A stretch of DNA of 64,000 nt from a virus (taxonomy: Duplodnaviria; Caudoviricetes), in the IMG/VR virus record IMGVR_UViG_3300036985_003381, positions 325 to 64,324 of that record; one strand, 5' to 3'. Position 1 is the stretch's first letter. Each line of letters begins with the position of its first letter. The notes beneath the pieces are model-generated. The model did no database searches, was not told the DNA's origin, and saw only the letters and a program-made list of their open reading frames with translations. The translations under genes were made by a program, and so were the position numbers. Positions 1 through 8,096 of this stretch are shown here, in pieces.

Positions 1-11
1 TTAAACAAATT

Positions 12-38
12 AGCACCTTAACCGGGTGCTTTTTTTTT
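12..38 (+). terminator. Rho-independent terminator-like hairpin
   Basis: AGCACC(12-17)/GGTGCT(25-30) stem followed by a T run. Confidence 0.65.
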
Positions 39-44
39 GCCCTT

Positions 45-358
45 ATGTCGAATGTCAATTTTTTTTTCTATATACTAATATATATAAATATATATTATTA
101 TTATTTTCTTCTCTTATAATTAAGATTATTAATTGACATAATCGACATATAGTTTAAAATCAAATTGTTACAAATTTAAAATCGACAAGAATCGACATAT
201 AATCGGGTATTTATGTCGTTTTTTAATTAAATTTTCCAAAACTCAAAAAAGAAATAGTCCGAAAACTTATATAAAACCACAACCAGGTACACCCATACTC
301 CCAACATGTCGATTTTTTATAACCCCAATTCTCGATTTTTGAAAGAATTATGTCGATT
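45..358. repeat. AT-rich region with AATCGACAT iteron-like repeats (origin-like, copy 1)
   Basis: AATCGACA(T) at 140, 180, 190; inverted ATGTCG(A/T) at 45, 213, 306, 350; TA-rich tract at about 69-135. Confidence 0.55.
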
Positions 359-630
359 TTTTTTAGTTATATAATAGTAGTATTTTGGTTATATAGCATT
401 ATGCGAAGCCGTACCCGAAAAGAAAAGCCAAGATCCATTCAAGGGGGGGGTTGTTGAATTTCGGATTTCGAAAACCGATTTTTCAAATTTCTATAGCATC
501 CTATCCGATGCCTAGGTATGTTGGACATCCACACACACACACACATTCCATAGTACACATTGGCATCCATTGGGCAGTTCACCTTGGCTGATGCCTTGGG
601 TTTTCGGCAGTCTCCACAAAGTCTTCACAA

Positions 631-649
631 AGTCTACTCCGAGTAGACT
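631..649. promoter_or_regulatory. 19-bp palindrome AGTCTACTCCGAGTAGACT, copy 1
   Basis: Perfect 9-bp arms around one central base; recurs at 1583, 2107, 4311. Confidence 0.7.
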
Positions 650-870
650 CGGTAAAATCAGCGCAAACCGTTGGTATCAGTGGGTTTAGCCATCCCTTTA
701 CCCATCCCCAATTTCGCCATTCCAAAACGTCACCAAACTTTTTAAAATCTTTCTCGCTGATTATCAAGCAGTTACGCTAAGTTAGTGAAAAACTTTGTGA
801 AAAGACTTGATTGGTAATTTAATTTAGTCGTATTTTGCTCTTGTATTAATCACATATATAAAATCAAATT

Positions 871-1584
871 ATGAAAGTATCAGAAAATCAAATCGAAGAA
901 AAGAAGGTTGCAAACCTTGTCGTATCAACAAGTAAGCCACAGTTAGTTAAACAATGGTTGGCCAATCCCAAAGTGTCGAGAGCAATCAATCTCGATGCTA
1001 TCAAGCAAGTCAACAAAGACTTCAAGAGTGCTAATGAAGTGATGTTCGAACATTCAATCACTATGTCACGAATTGTTGCATCAGCGACAGAATGGTATAA
1101 GAGTGATGTTGGGCAGTCATCACTCAAGGATGCTCAACTTGAATTGAGTCAATTGGACTTCGCAATGTATGTATTTGGAAAAGCCAAGGCACATTATTAC
1201 AGACTGCTACAAGTATCCAAGGTAACGGATGAGCAGTTGACTGAATACAGAGGGATGGTGAGCAAATCCAAGGGTGACAGTCTTAGTGTGATGGGAGTGC
1301 TTGACTTCGTCAATCCTAAACCAATCAAGGTGAAGGAGGAGAAGGAAATCTCGGATGTTGAGATTGGTGAGGATGGCATCGTATCGGCTAAGGAAGACAA
1401 GCCAAAAGCATTGCCCACTGCTAAGGTAGTTTGTTCCTTCACCTTTGGTGAACTTAGTGTGATGTTGGATGATACGGATGGATGTGATGTGATTGGTGAC
1501 TATGAGGATATTGCCAAGGCAATCAAATTCCTTACCAATCGCTTGAGTCGTTCTAAGTCTGAGTCTAAGGCAGTAATAGGATAG
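871..1584 (+). CDS. Hypothetical early protein (237 aa)
   Basis: Long ORF with A-rich start context; first gene of the + arm; no family recognised. Confidence 0.8.
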   Translation: MKVSENQIEEKKVANLVVSTSKPQLVKQWLANPKVSRAINLDAIKQVNKDFKSANEVMFEHSITMSRIVASATEWYKSDVGQSSLKDAQLELSQLDFAMYVFGKAKAHYYRLLQVSKVTDEQLTEYRGMVSKSKGDSLSVMGVLDFVNPKPIKVKEEKEISDVEIGEDGIVSAKEDKPKALPTAKVVCSFTFGELSVMLDDTDGCDVIGDYEDIAKAIKFLTNRLSRSKSESKAVIG

Positions 1585-1601
1585 TCTACTCCGAGTAGAC
1601 T
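1583..1601. promoter_or_regulatory. 19-bp palindrome, copy 2
   Basis: Identical to 631-649; overlaps the TAG stop of 871..1584. Confidence 0.7.
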
Positions 1602-1609
1602 TTTTAACC

Positions 1610-1640
1610 ACTAACCCATCCTAAATTTGGATGGGTTAGT
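1610..1640 (+). terminator. Strong hairpin after first early gene
   Basis: ACTAACCCATCC/GGATGGGTTAGT 12-bp perfect stem, followed by TTAATTT. Confidence 0.55.
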
Positions 1641-1656
1641 TTAATTTAAAAATAAA

Positions 1657-1809
1657 ATGAAATTAATCAAATCACTTGTGTTTGCAAAGCAATCACCAAT
1701 TTTTAGGCTAAAGCCATCAACCGTAGATGCAGAGTTACTGCTATGTATTATTTGGGTTACATCTATTGTAATCATCGTGTTAACCTTAGAAATTATAAGT
1801 TTATGGTAG
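1657..1809 (+). CDS. Small membrane protein (50 aa, not in ORF track)
   Basis: Hand translation MKLIKSLVFAKQSPIFRLKPSTVDAELLLCIIWVTSIVIIVLTLEIISLW; C-terminal hydrophobic helix; A-rich start. Confidence 0.6.
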   Translation: MKLIKSLVFAKQSPIFRLKPSTVDAELLLCIIWVTSIVIIVLTLEIISLW

Positions 1810-2105
1810 TTAAATGTGCATTATGCCCAAAGGATGACATCACAATATTGTCACGTTCAGAAATGATGCGAGCAATCGCAAAAAAATATGACTTAAACTG
1901 GATTAGGTCAACCGAGGATTTTTATGGGCATTCTCGTGGAATCCAAGGGATTTGGTTAGGCAGTGCATCCAAGGTAGCAGACTATTTTGCATTAGGTGAT
2001 AAGTACGAGATTGGCGTTTTAAAGTCATTCGAGAAGTATATCAACAAATGTGGATGGTATAGTGAGTGGTATGACTGTGGCACATTAATGTTATATCCAC
2101 TTTAA
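1803..2105 (+). CDS. Hypothetical protein
   Basis: Track ORF 1743..2105; ATG at 1803 overlapping the upstream stop is the more plausible start. Confidence 0.7.
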   Translation: MVVKCALCPKDDITILSRSEMMRAIAKKYDLNWIRSTEDFYGHSRGIQGIWLGSASKVADYFALGDKYEIGVLKSFEKYINKCGWYSEWYDCGTLMLYPL

Positions 2106-2106
2106 A

Positions 2107-2124
2107 AGTCTACTCCGAGTAGAC
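2107..2124. promoter_or_regulatory. Palindrome, copy 3 (18 of 19 bp)
   Basis: AGTCTACTCCGAGTAGAC between stop at 2105 and ATG at 2131. Confidence 0.7.
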
Positions 2125-2130
2125 AATATT

Positions 2131-2349
2131 ATGGCAAGATTATCAACGATAAAAAAAGGCACAAGGTTTAGATTCGATGCAAATGGATTCGAATATGTAT
2201 ACCTTGGCAAGAAACGATTATATGACTATAATGATAAGTTCATTAGATGGGCATATTCATTTAAAAGGCAATACTATGTAAACCAAAGTGGTTACAGTAG
2301 CATAGACAAGGAAGTTATAACAAAATTAAAAAAGTATTACGAAATATAA
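2131..2349 (+). CDS. Hypothetical protein
   Basis: ORF in tightly packed early operon. Confidence 0.65.
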   Translation: MARLSTIKKGTRFRFDANGFEYVYLGKKRLYDYNDKFIRWAYSFKRQYYVNQSGYSSIDKEVITKLKKYYEI

Positions 2350-2354
2350 ATCAA

Positions 2355-2690
2355 ATGGAAAAGATAGAATTAAATTTAATGGAAAGGTTACAAACCTTAG
2401 AGTTTACAAAGATTGTAGACAATTGTATGGTAACGGACGATGGGATATCATTAAAGTATCACATCAAGTTACAAGGTGAACAATGGGAAAGTGTTTATCT
2501 GCAAATTATACTTAGACTGATATACAAAGAACAGGTCATATGGACTTGGGGATGTGTCAGTGATGAAGAGCAGAGGGAATTTGTCACTTGGTATATGAGT
2601 GAAATTTCAAGAGTAAAAAACTTGAAATATGACAGACAAGATGCGGATAAATTAGAAGGATTGAAACTACTTAATAATAAAATCAAATGA
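2355..2690 (+). CDS. Hypothetical protein
   Basis: ORF; ATGA overlap with next gene. Confidence 0.75.
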   Translation: MEKIELNLMERLQTLEFTKIVDNCMVTDDGISLKYHIKLQGEQWESVYLQIILRLIYKEQVIWTWGCVSDEEQREFVTWYMSEISRVKNLKYDRQDADKLEGLKLLNNKIK

Positions 2691-3172
2691 AGACTCAACA
2701 ATGGTACGAGATAACTCGTAAAGACGGCACAAAGCAATATGCTACAATGCATAATGGTAACTATTTTATTGATGGATCGGGATTCGGATACAAGACATTG
2801 GATTGTGTCTCGATTAAGCCAATAGATGAAGTCCCCACAATTTTCAAAAGTGGTAAGTTTCACTTTGATGATGAGTTTGCGGGTAATGGGATATGCGACA
2901 TCAACACATCGTGGAATGGATGGGCATTGCCATTCATACATATAAAAAGTGTAAAAAGACTATGCAAAATGTTGTCTTGGCAAGATGGCGATGACTTCCA
3001 AACGTATACACTATTCAATAAAGATGGCGAGACTCCATATGTATTATTTCAAGAGTGCGATGGAAGTTCGGGTATGATTGAGAGACTTGAGTCAACAGTC
3101 ATAGATGGTGAGACATATATATATTTCGGTAACCAAGGGTTATGTTTTCAATTCACAAAAGATGGAGAATAA
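2687..3172 (+). CDS. Hypothetical protein (WNGW motif)
   Basis: ORF; WNGWALP motif recurrent in phage early proteins; function unknown. Confidence 0.75.
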   Translation: MKTQQWYEITRKDGTKQYATMHNGNYFIDGSGFGYKTLDCVSIKPIDEVPTIFKSGKFHFDDEFAGNGICDINTSWNGWALPFIHIKSVKRLCKMLSWQDGDDFQTYTLFNKDGETPYVLFQECDGSSGMIERLESTVIDGETYIYFGNQGLCFQFTKDGE

Positions 3173-3347
3173 ATTTATAGAATTAACGGCAAGTGATGGC
3201 ACATGTTTAAAAATGCTTGTAAATGTAAGCCATATTAAAAGGATAGATTATTCATATGGAGTTTGTGTAATAGGCATATCAAACAATGGTGGAATATTCG
3301 TAGAAGAAACAATTGAAGAAATTAAACAATTAATTAAAAACAAATAA
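3162..3347 (+). CDS. Small hypothetical protein
   Basis: Track ORF 3105..3347; ATG at 3162 (MENKFIEL) more plausible. Confidence 0.65.
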   Translation: MENKFIELTASDGTCLKMLVNVSHIKRIDYSYGVCVIGISNNGGIFVEETIEEIKQLIKNK

Positions 3348-3349
3348 TT

Positions 3350-3595
3350 ATGACAAAAGTAAAATCAACAATTTTAGAGCAATGGACTAACCAAGCAAAG
3401 AAAGTCCTTCAAGGTAAAACAATTACCGAAGTTCGTTATCTTAACGATAAGGAAATGGAAATGATGGGTTGGTATAAACGACCTGTTTGTTTCTTTTTAA
3501 ACGATGGAACAAGTTGTATCCTCTCTTGTGATGATGAGGGTAATGATGGTGGAGTTTTATTTTATGGTAAAGACGGCACATTACCAACCTTATAA
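3350..3595 (+). CDS. Hypothetical protein (DDEGNDGG motif)
   Basis: ORF with a motif typical of a conserved small phage protein. Confidence 0.75.
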   Translation: MTKVKSTILEQWTNQAKKVLQGKTITEVRYLNDKEMEMMGWYKRPVCFFLNDGTSCILSCDDEGNDGGVLFYGKDGTLPTL

Positions 3596-3598
3596 ATT

Positions 3599-4312
3599 AT
3601 GACTATGAAACTATTAAAGTTCGGTAATGGCAATGCCAAGTTAGGCACAAAGATTAAAACATTCAGTTTACCCGCTGGACATTCGTGTCCATTTGCTAAA
3701 GATTGCCTTAGCAAGTCTGATAAAGACACAGGTAAAATTACGGATGGATTACATACAGAGTTCAGATGTTTTGCTGCATCTTCTGAGGCAGTGTATACAA
3801 ATACACGACTTGCGAGATGGCATAACTTTGACTTACTAAGAGGATTGGGAGCATTAGATAGTGCGAATTTAATTCAAGCATCTATACCAAAGGGTACATT
3901 GTATATGAGGATACACGTTAGTGGGGATTTCTTCAGTCAAGCATACTTTGATGCTTGGGTAATTATTGCCAAAAGTAATCCAAAGATTCTATTCTATGCA
4001 TACACAAAGTCGATAGGGTATTGGATTAATAGGCAAAATGATATCCCTTCAAATCTAGTGCTGACCGCATCAATTGGAGGTAAACTTGACTTGATTGCAG
4101 AAATCAATAATCTAAAGACTGCAAGGGTAGTGTACTCAGTTGAAGAGGCAGATGCCTTGGGACTTGAGATTGACCACGATGACAGTCACGCAATGATTGG
4201 AGGTAAGAGTTTTGCTCTGCTGATACACGGCACACAACCGCCATCATCTAAAGGTGCAATTGCGATGAAACAAATGAAGAAAGAAGGTGTGAAATTTAGT
4301 TATTCAAAATAG
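3599..4312 (+). CDS. Gp88-like protein (radical-SAM-related phage family)
   Basis: GNAKL..FSLPAGHSCPFA..C..CFA and RIHVSGDF..FYAYTKS motifs. Confidence 0.7.
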   Translation: MTMKLLKFGNGNAKLGTKIKTFSLPAGHSCPFAKDCLSKSDKDTGKITDGLHTEFRCFAASSEAVYTNTRLARWHNFDLLRGLGALDSANLIQASIPKGTLYMRIHVSGDFFSQAYFDAWVIIAKSNPKILFYAYTKSIGYWINRQNDIPSNLVLTASIGGKLDLIAEINNLKTARVVYSVEEADALGLEIDHDDSHAMIGGKSFALLIHGTQPPSSKGAIAMKQMKKEGVKFSYSK

Positions 4313-4329
4313 TCTACTCCGAGTAGACT
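4311..4329. promoter_or_regulatory. 19-bp palindrome, copy 4
   Basis: Identical to 631-649; overlaps the TAG stop of 3599..4312. Confidence 0.7.
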
Positions 4330-4345
4330 TCTAAAACCAGATAAA

Positions 4346-4651
4346 ATGATAAAAGAAATTAAGACAATCAAAAATGTTCTGACGTATGCAAGGCAGTTAC
4401 GTTCAGAAGGATGTGCATTCCACCCCGATGATGACTTCAATGATTATGTCAATATTAAGACGGATGCCAAGAGTTATACTGAGATTCAAGCAGACTTGCG
4501 TAACAAATTAATGGATCAGTGTTTTGATGTGTGTGATAGTGAGGGTGTAGACATATACCATACAATGCGAGATGTTAACTTTGATGAGGAGGAATGGACA
4601 GAAGTAAGCGAAGGCGTTGCTGATATACCTAAATCTTTTTGGAATGAGTAA
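4346..4651 (+). CDS. Hypothetical protein (FHPDDDF motif)
   Basis: ORF in early operon. Confidence 0.75.
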   Translation: MIKEIKTIKNVLTYARQLRSEGCAFHPDDDFNDYVNIKTDAKSYTEIQADLRNKLMDQCFDVCDSEGVDIYHTMRDVNFDEEEWTEVSEGVADIPKSFWNE

Positions 4652-4877
4652 GGCAGATATAGATATAAGAGTAGTCAGTCAGCATATGTCGGTAAACTAT
4701 CAGATAGTTATTGACGGCAAGACGATAGAGATTGAGGGCAGTTTAATACCATACCATACGGGGAGGTGTACTGAATTTAATTTTGAGCCATCGGAATTTG
4801 TAGATGCTGAATCGAGTATGTATTGGGATGCCAATTGGGAACAAATAGAACAAGAAATATTAAATCAAATCAAATAA
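4644..4877 (+). CDS. Hypothetical protein
   Basis: Track ORF 4617..4877; ATG at 4644 overlaps upstream gene end. Confidence 0.65.
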   Translation: MSKADIDIRVVSQHMSVNYQIVIDGKTIEIEGSLIPYHTGRCTEFNFEPSEFVDAESSMYWDANWEQIEQEILNQIK

Positions 4878-4880
4878 AAA

Positions 4881-5144
4881 ATGGAAAATCAAGTACAAGT
4901 GGTTCTAACACCACAAGAAGAAAAAGAGCAGTTCATTTTAAATCTAATGAACAGGCTAGAGAGTCAACTAGGTGGAGGCTATCTAACGACAAAGTTTGAG
5001 ACGTGCAGTTCAGCACCCTCCTTTGGTTGGTCAGTCGAGGAGTATATGTATATGCCACAAGTCGCATCAAGGCTAAGGAGCAAAGGATATACTGTATCGT
5101 CAAGTGTTAATTGGGGAGTAACTGATTGGTTAATCGCAGTTTAA
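4881..5144 (+). CDS. Hypothetical protein
   Basis: ORF with A-rich start. Confidence 0.75.
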   Translation: MENQVQVVLTPQEEKEQFILNLMNRLESQLGGGYLTTKFETCSSAPSFGWSVEEYMYMPQVASRLRSKGYTVSSSVNWGVTDWLIAV

Positions 5145-5146
5145 AT

Positions 5147-5326
5147 ATGGAAAAGTATAGGGTAACGAGTAACAAAAGGAATAGGACATTTACTATTTAT
5201 AAAAATGGCAGTAAATATAGAACCTATAGGTTTAGTGTTGATGAATTTCGTGAGAACGAATTTAACACCAAAAACGATTGGAATGATTTTTTAAGGCACA
5301 CAGAATTTTACGAAATAATCAAATGA
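5147..5326 (+). CDS. Small hypothetical protein
   Basis: Track ORF 5126..5326; ATG at 5147. Confidence 0.65.
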   Translation: MEKYRVTSNKRNRTFTIYKNGSKYRTYRFSVDEFRENEFNTKNDWNDFLRHTEFYEIIK

Positions 5327-6090
5327 TAGAAATCAACAAACAAGCAGAGGCGTTAGCCATTAGACAAGCGGTAAGCGATGTTCTAAGAAAAGGTCAAGAG
5401 GCAGGAGCAAGAGGCCAGCATAACTATAAGGCAACATTTAAATTGCCAAATTCAGCGTATGATGTACTTGAATTTTTAAGGTACGAGGGGATTAATTGTC
5501 AAGATAAAGGATTAAGTACAACTCGATTAAGTGATGGCTCATATAGTTATGAGGTAAGTTTACTTCTTGTCAGAAATGTATCATTAGAGTATAGGTGCAA
5601 AGCTTTCTTCAATAGACTAATTAGGATGACCAATACATACTTCCTTTCAGACTATGTAGAAGAGATTGTAGGATATATTACAAGTGATGGTCAAGATTAT
5701 ATTGCTGAGAGAGATATGCTGCGGAGTATGTGCAAATTGGAGGGGTTAGATTTTCACGCAATATCTTGTGATGTCGCATCTAAGTTTATGTCCGACAATG
5801 GACTTGAAGATTATATCCCCTATCCACTTGATAAATTGCCTAAGGAAATTAAGAATACTAATTCTGGTCGAGCGATAATAAAGTGGCGAACCAAAGTAAA
5901 TGGCGAGTGGGCTACAATGTATCATAGCGATATAATTAAGTCGAAGGATTTAGGGCAAAATAATATCTATAGCGAGTCAATATACTTAGATAGAGATAAG
6001 GCAGCAGTATTTTATGACAAAGACGAGGCACTGAGGGTAATTGATATGTTTATGAATGAATTTCACATAGGACAAATAATAAAAAAATAA
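5323..6090 (+). CDS. Hypothetical protein
   Basis: 255-aa ORF coupled to neighbours. Confidence 0.75.
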   Translation: MIEINKQAEALAIRQAVSDVLRKGQEAGARGQHNYKATFKLPNSAYDVLEFLRYEGINCQDKGLSTTRLSDGSYSYEVSLLLVRNVSLEYRCKAFFNRLIRMTNTYFLSDYVEEIVGYITSDGQDYIAERDMLRSMCKLEGLDFHAISCDVASKFMSDNGLEDYIPYPLDKLPKEIKNTNSGRAIIKWRTKVNGEWATMYHSDIIKSKDLGQNNIYSESIYLDRDKAAVFYDKDEALRVIDMFMNEFHIGQIIKK

Positions 6091-6578
6091 TGAGAACAGT
6101 AACAACAAAAACAGAGAAGACTATCGTTCAGAGAGATCACGATAGAATTGTATTCGTTTGGTATGAGAACGATGAAGTGGTTGGTATAAATTACCACCAA
6201 GGTATTGATTCAATTGATTTGGCTTTTCAAGAACCTGATGCTGAAATTATGGCTATGTACCGATTAGCGCATAGACATAAACCTGAATTATCTGATATTG
6301 AATTGGTAAATTTAGGGATTCGTATTCATCAAGATGCTTGGATGAGTTTTGATTCTAAAAGTTATACTATAGACACTTATTCTAGGGGATTAATACGGGA
6401 GGCATTACAATACTATATTATGTCTATGCATTCGTTCTTTGGTTCACATATAGGTGCAGATTATTTTGAGTCTATAGATGAGTTTAAGGCATTATCAAAA
6501 CTTATGGAGTACAATGTAACCTTTACAACGGACTTGGGAGCAGTAGTAGACTTAGATTTAAGTAAGTATGAGCGATAG
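6090..6578 (+). CDS. Hypothetical protein
   Basis: 162-aa ORF, TAATG overlap. Confidence 0.75.
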   Translation: MRTVTTKTEKTIVQRDHDRIVFVWYENDEVVGINYHQGIDSIDLAFQEPDAEIMAMYRLAHRHKPELSDIELVNLGIRIHQDAWMSFDSKSYTIDTYSRGLIREALQYYIMSMHSFFGSHIGADYFESIDEFKALSKLMEYNVTFTTDLGAVVDLDLSKYER

Positions 6579-6801
6579 AACTATAAGCAAAATAGCAGCT
6601 GAGATTAAAAAGGATTGGGTTAATGTGTACTTCGGTGCTGTCCCATACTTAAATGCTATGCATCATTTGGATAGTATAAATGATTCTTATTATTTAGATT
6701 CAGCAAAGTCAATAGTAGCATATTTCTTGTCAAATGCTGCTACTTGGAGAGGTGATAAGGCAAGAGAAATTAAATTAGAACTAAAAAAAATAATCAAATG
6801 A
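6568..6801 (+). CDS. Conserved small phage protein of unknown function
   Basis: IAAEIKKDW..YFGAVPYL.AM..YFLSNA.TWRG..AR.IK.ELK pattern, recalled from diverse phages. Confidence 0.8.
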   Translation: MSDRTISKIAAEIKKDWVNVYFGAVPYLNAMHHLDSINDSYYLDSAKSIVAYFLSNAATWRGDKAREIKLELKKIIK

Positions 6802-7073
6802 AAGTAAAAGTAAAACAACAAGAAGTGTTAGAAATTGATGTAAATTTCCCGTTAAGTTTTAAGGATGTGTTAGGCGTGTTTCATCATTGTTTTGATGAAT
6901 ATAAATCAATGATTATATATAGTGACCATTTCTGGATGTGCAGTACATCTGTTGCTCTAGGTAGTTATAGTCCTTCATTAGAATGCACTCAAGAAGAGGT
7001 ATTTGAAAAATTTAATCAAGTAGTTACAGATGCAAGAAATGTGTTTATTGAGTATAACTTAAATAATGTCTGA
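6798..7073 (+). CDS. Hypothetical protein
   Basis: ORF, ATGA overlap. Confidence 0.7.
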   Translation: MKVKVKQQEVLEIDVNFPLSFKDVLGVFHHCFDEYKSMIIYSDHFWMCSTSVALGSYSPSLECTQEEVFEKFNQVVTDARNVFIEYNLNNV

Positions 7074-7088
7074 GATTTTAAAAATTAT

Positions 7089-7118
7089 ATGGTGGTTGCT
7101 AGTAGCGGTAACCACCAT
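7089..7118 (+). terminator. Intergenic hairpin
   Basis: ATGGTGGTTGC/GTAACCACCAT stem (one G-T pair); weak U tail. Confidence 0.4.
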
Positions 7119-7154
7119 AATATTAACATTTTATTTATTAATAACATCAATCAA

Positions 7155-7397
7155 ATGAAAATTAATTCAAAAAGAAAGTATTGGGTATCTTTCATAGAAA
7201 ATTCTATGCCAATCAATGTAAAGTTAAGTATTGGAGAGGTGCTTAACTATAAAGATAGTGTCGCTCCTGAGTTTATTTTGGCAATAAAATCTAAAATAGA
7301 TGAAGTGTTAGACTTACAAAGAGGTCAATTTTATTATATGAAATTTGACATGCGTGATAATAATTTAGGGTATGGATATATAACTAGAGTAGAGTAA
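7155..7397 (+). CDS. Hypothetical protein
   Basis: Track ORF 7089..7397; ATG at 7155 lies after the hairpin with A-rich context. Confidence 0.65.
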   Translation: MKINSKRKYWVSFIENSMPINVKLSIGEVLNYKDSVAPEFILAIKSKIDEVLDLQRGQFYYMKFDMRDNNLGYGYITRVE

Positions 7398-7573
7398 TGC
7401 CAAAATCAAATATTGAAAATAGTCTTGAGATGATTCAGGATGTTATAGACAGGGTTTTATATTTAGATATTGAATCTAAAAATTCATTTTCAAGTGATAT
7501 AAATGCATTGCTAAGTAAATATCCAATAAACTATGAGACAGTAGATGGCGTAAGAGTTTATAGCCAGACATAG
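7397..7573 (+). CDS. Small hypothetical protein (58 aa, not in ORF track)
   Basis: TAATG coupling; hand translation MPKSNIENSLEMIQ...YSQT fills the gap. Confidence 0.55.
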   Translation: MPKSNIENSLEMIQDVIDRVLYLDIESKNSFSSDINALLSKYPINYETVDGVRVYSQT

Positions 7574-7589
7574 CATAAAAAGTATTATT

Positions 7590-8096
7590 ATGAAGAGAAA
7601 AAGCAAAATACAAATATCAAAAGAAGTATTAAAAATAGTCAACAGAGTTGAGATTGAACTTAATTATGTAATGGGAAGACCTATATCACTTATTGTTGTT
7701 GATACAAATGAAACGGCTAAGTTAAAAATAGATAAAAATGCAATGTTATTTTTATTTAAGAGAACGATTGAAGAGATATTTGATATATTACCAAATACAA
7801 TTGAGTCATATACTAGATTGCCTCCATATCCAGAATGCAGATATGCATATATGTTCTTGTATAAAAAATATTTCCCAAATGATAAATTATTACTTATTTC
7901 GCAAAGCATAGGTTTGAAAGATCATACTATGGCAGTATATGGTCTTACTAGACACAATGAATTGTATACATACGACTTAGGATATAAGAGATTATTTAAT
8001 AAGTTATTAGATAAAATTAGTGAGATTATAGATAATAATTACATAGAAGAAGAAATAAGTTATGAAAGCAAAAAAGAATATAGTGAGTTTATTTGA
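7590..8096 (+). CDS. DnaA domain IV-like helix-turn-helix protein
   Basis: R..YMFL...IGLKDHTMAVYG resembles the DnaA C-terminal RDHTTV signature. Confidence 0.6.
   Translation: MKRKSKIQISKEVLKIVNRVEIELNYVMGRPISLIVVDTNETAKLKIDKNAMLFLFKRTIEEIFDILPNTIESYTRLPPYPECRYAYMFLYKKYFPNDKLLLISQSIGLKDHTMAVYGLTRHNELYTYDLGYKRLFNKLLDKISEIIDNNYIEEEISYESKKEYSEFI

Noticed and set aside
531-545. (AC)n microsatellite, and G run near 443-450
   Set aside because: Short non-coding low-complexity tracts with no supporting context
631-4329. Palindromes as CRISPR repeats or intrinsic terminators
   Set aside because: Spacing is 0.5-2.2 kb and irregular; loop is minimal and only one copy has a T run
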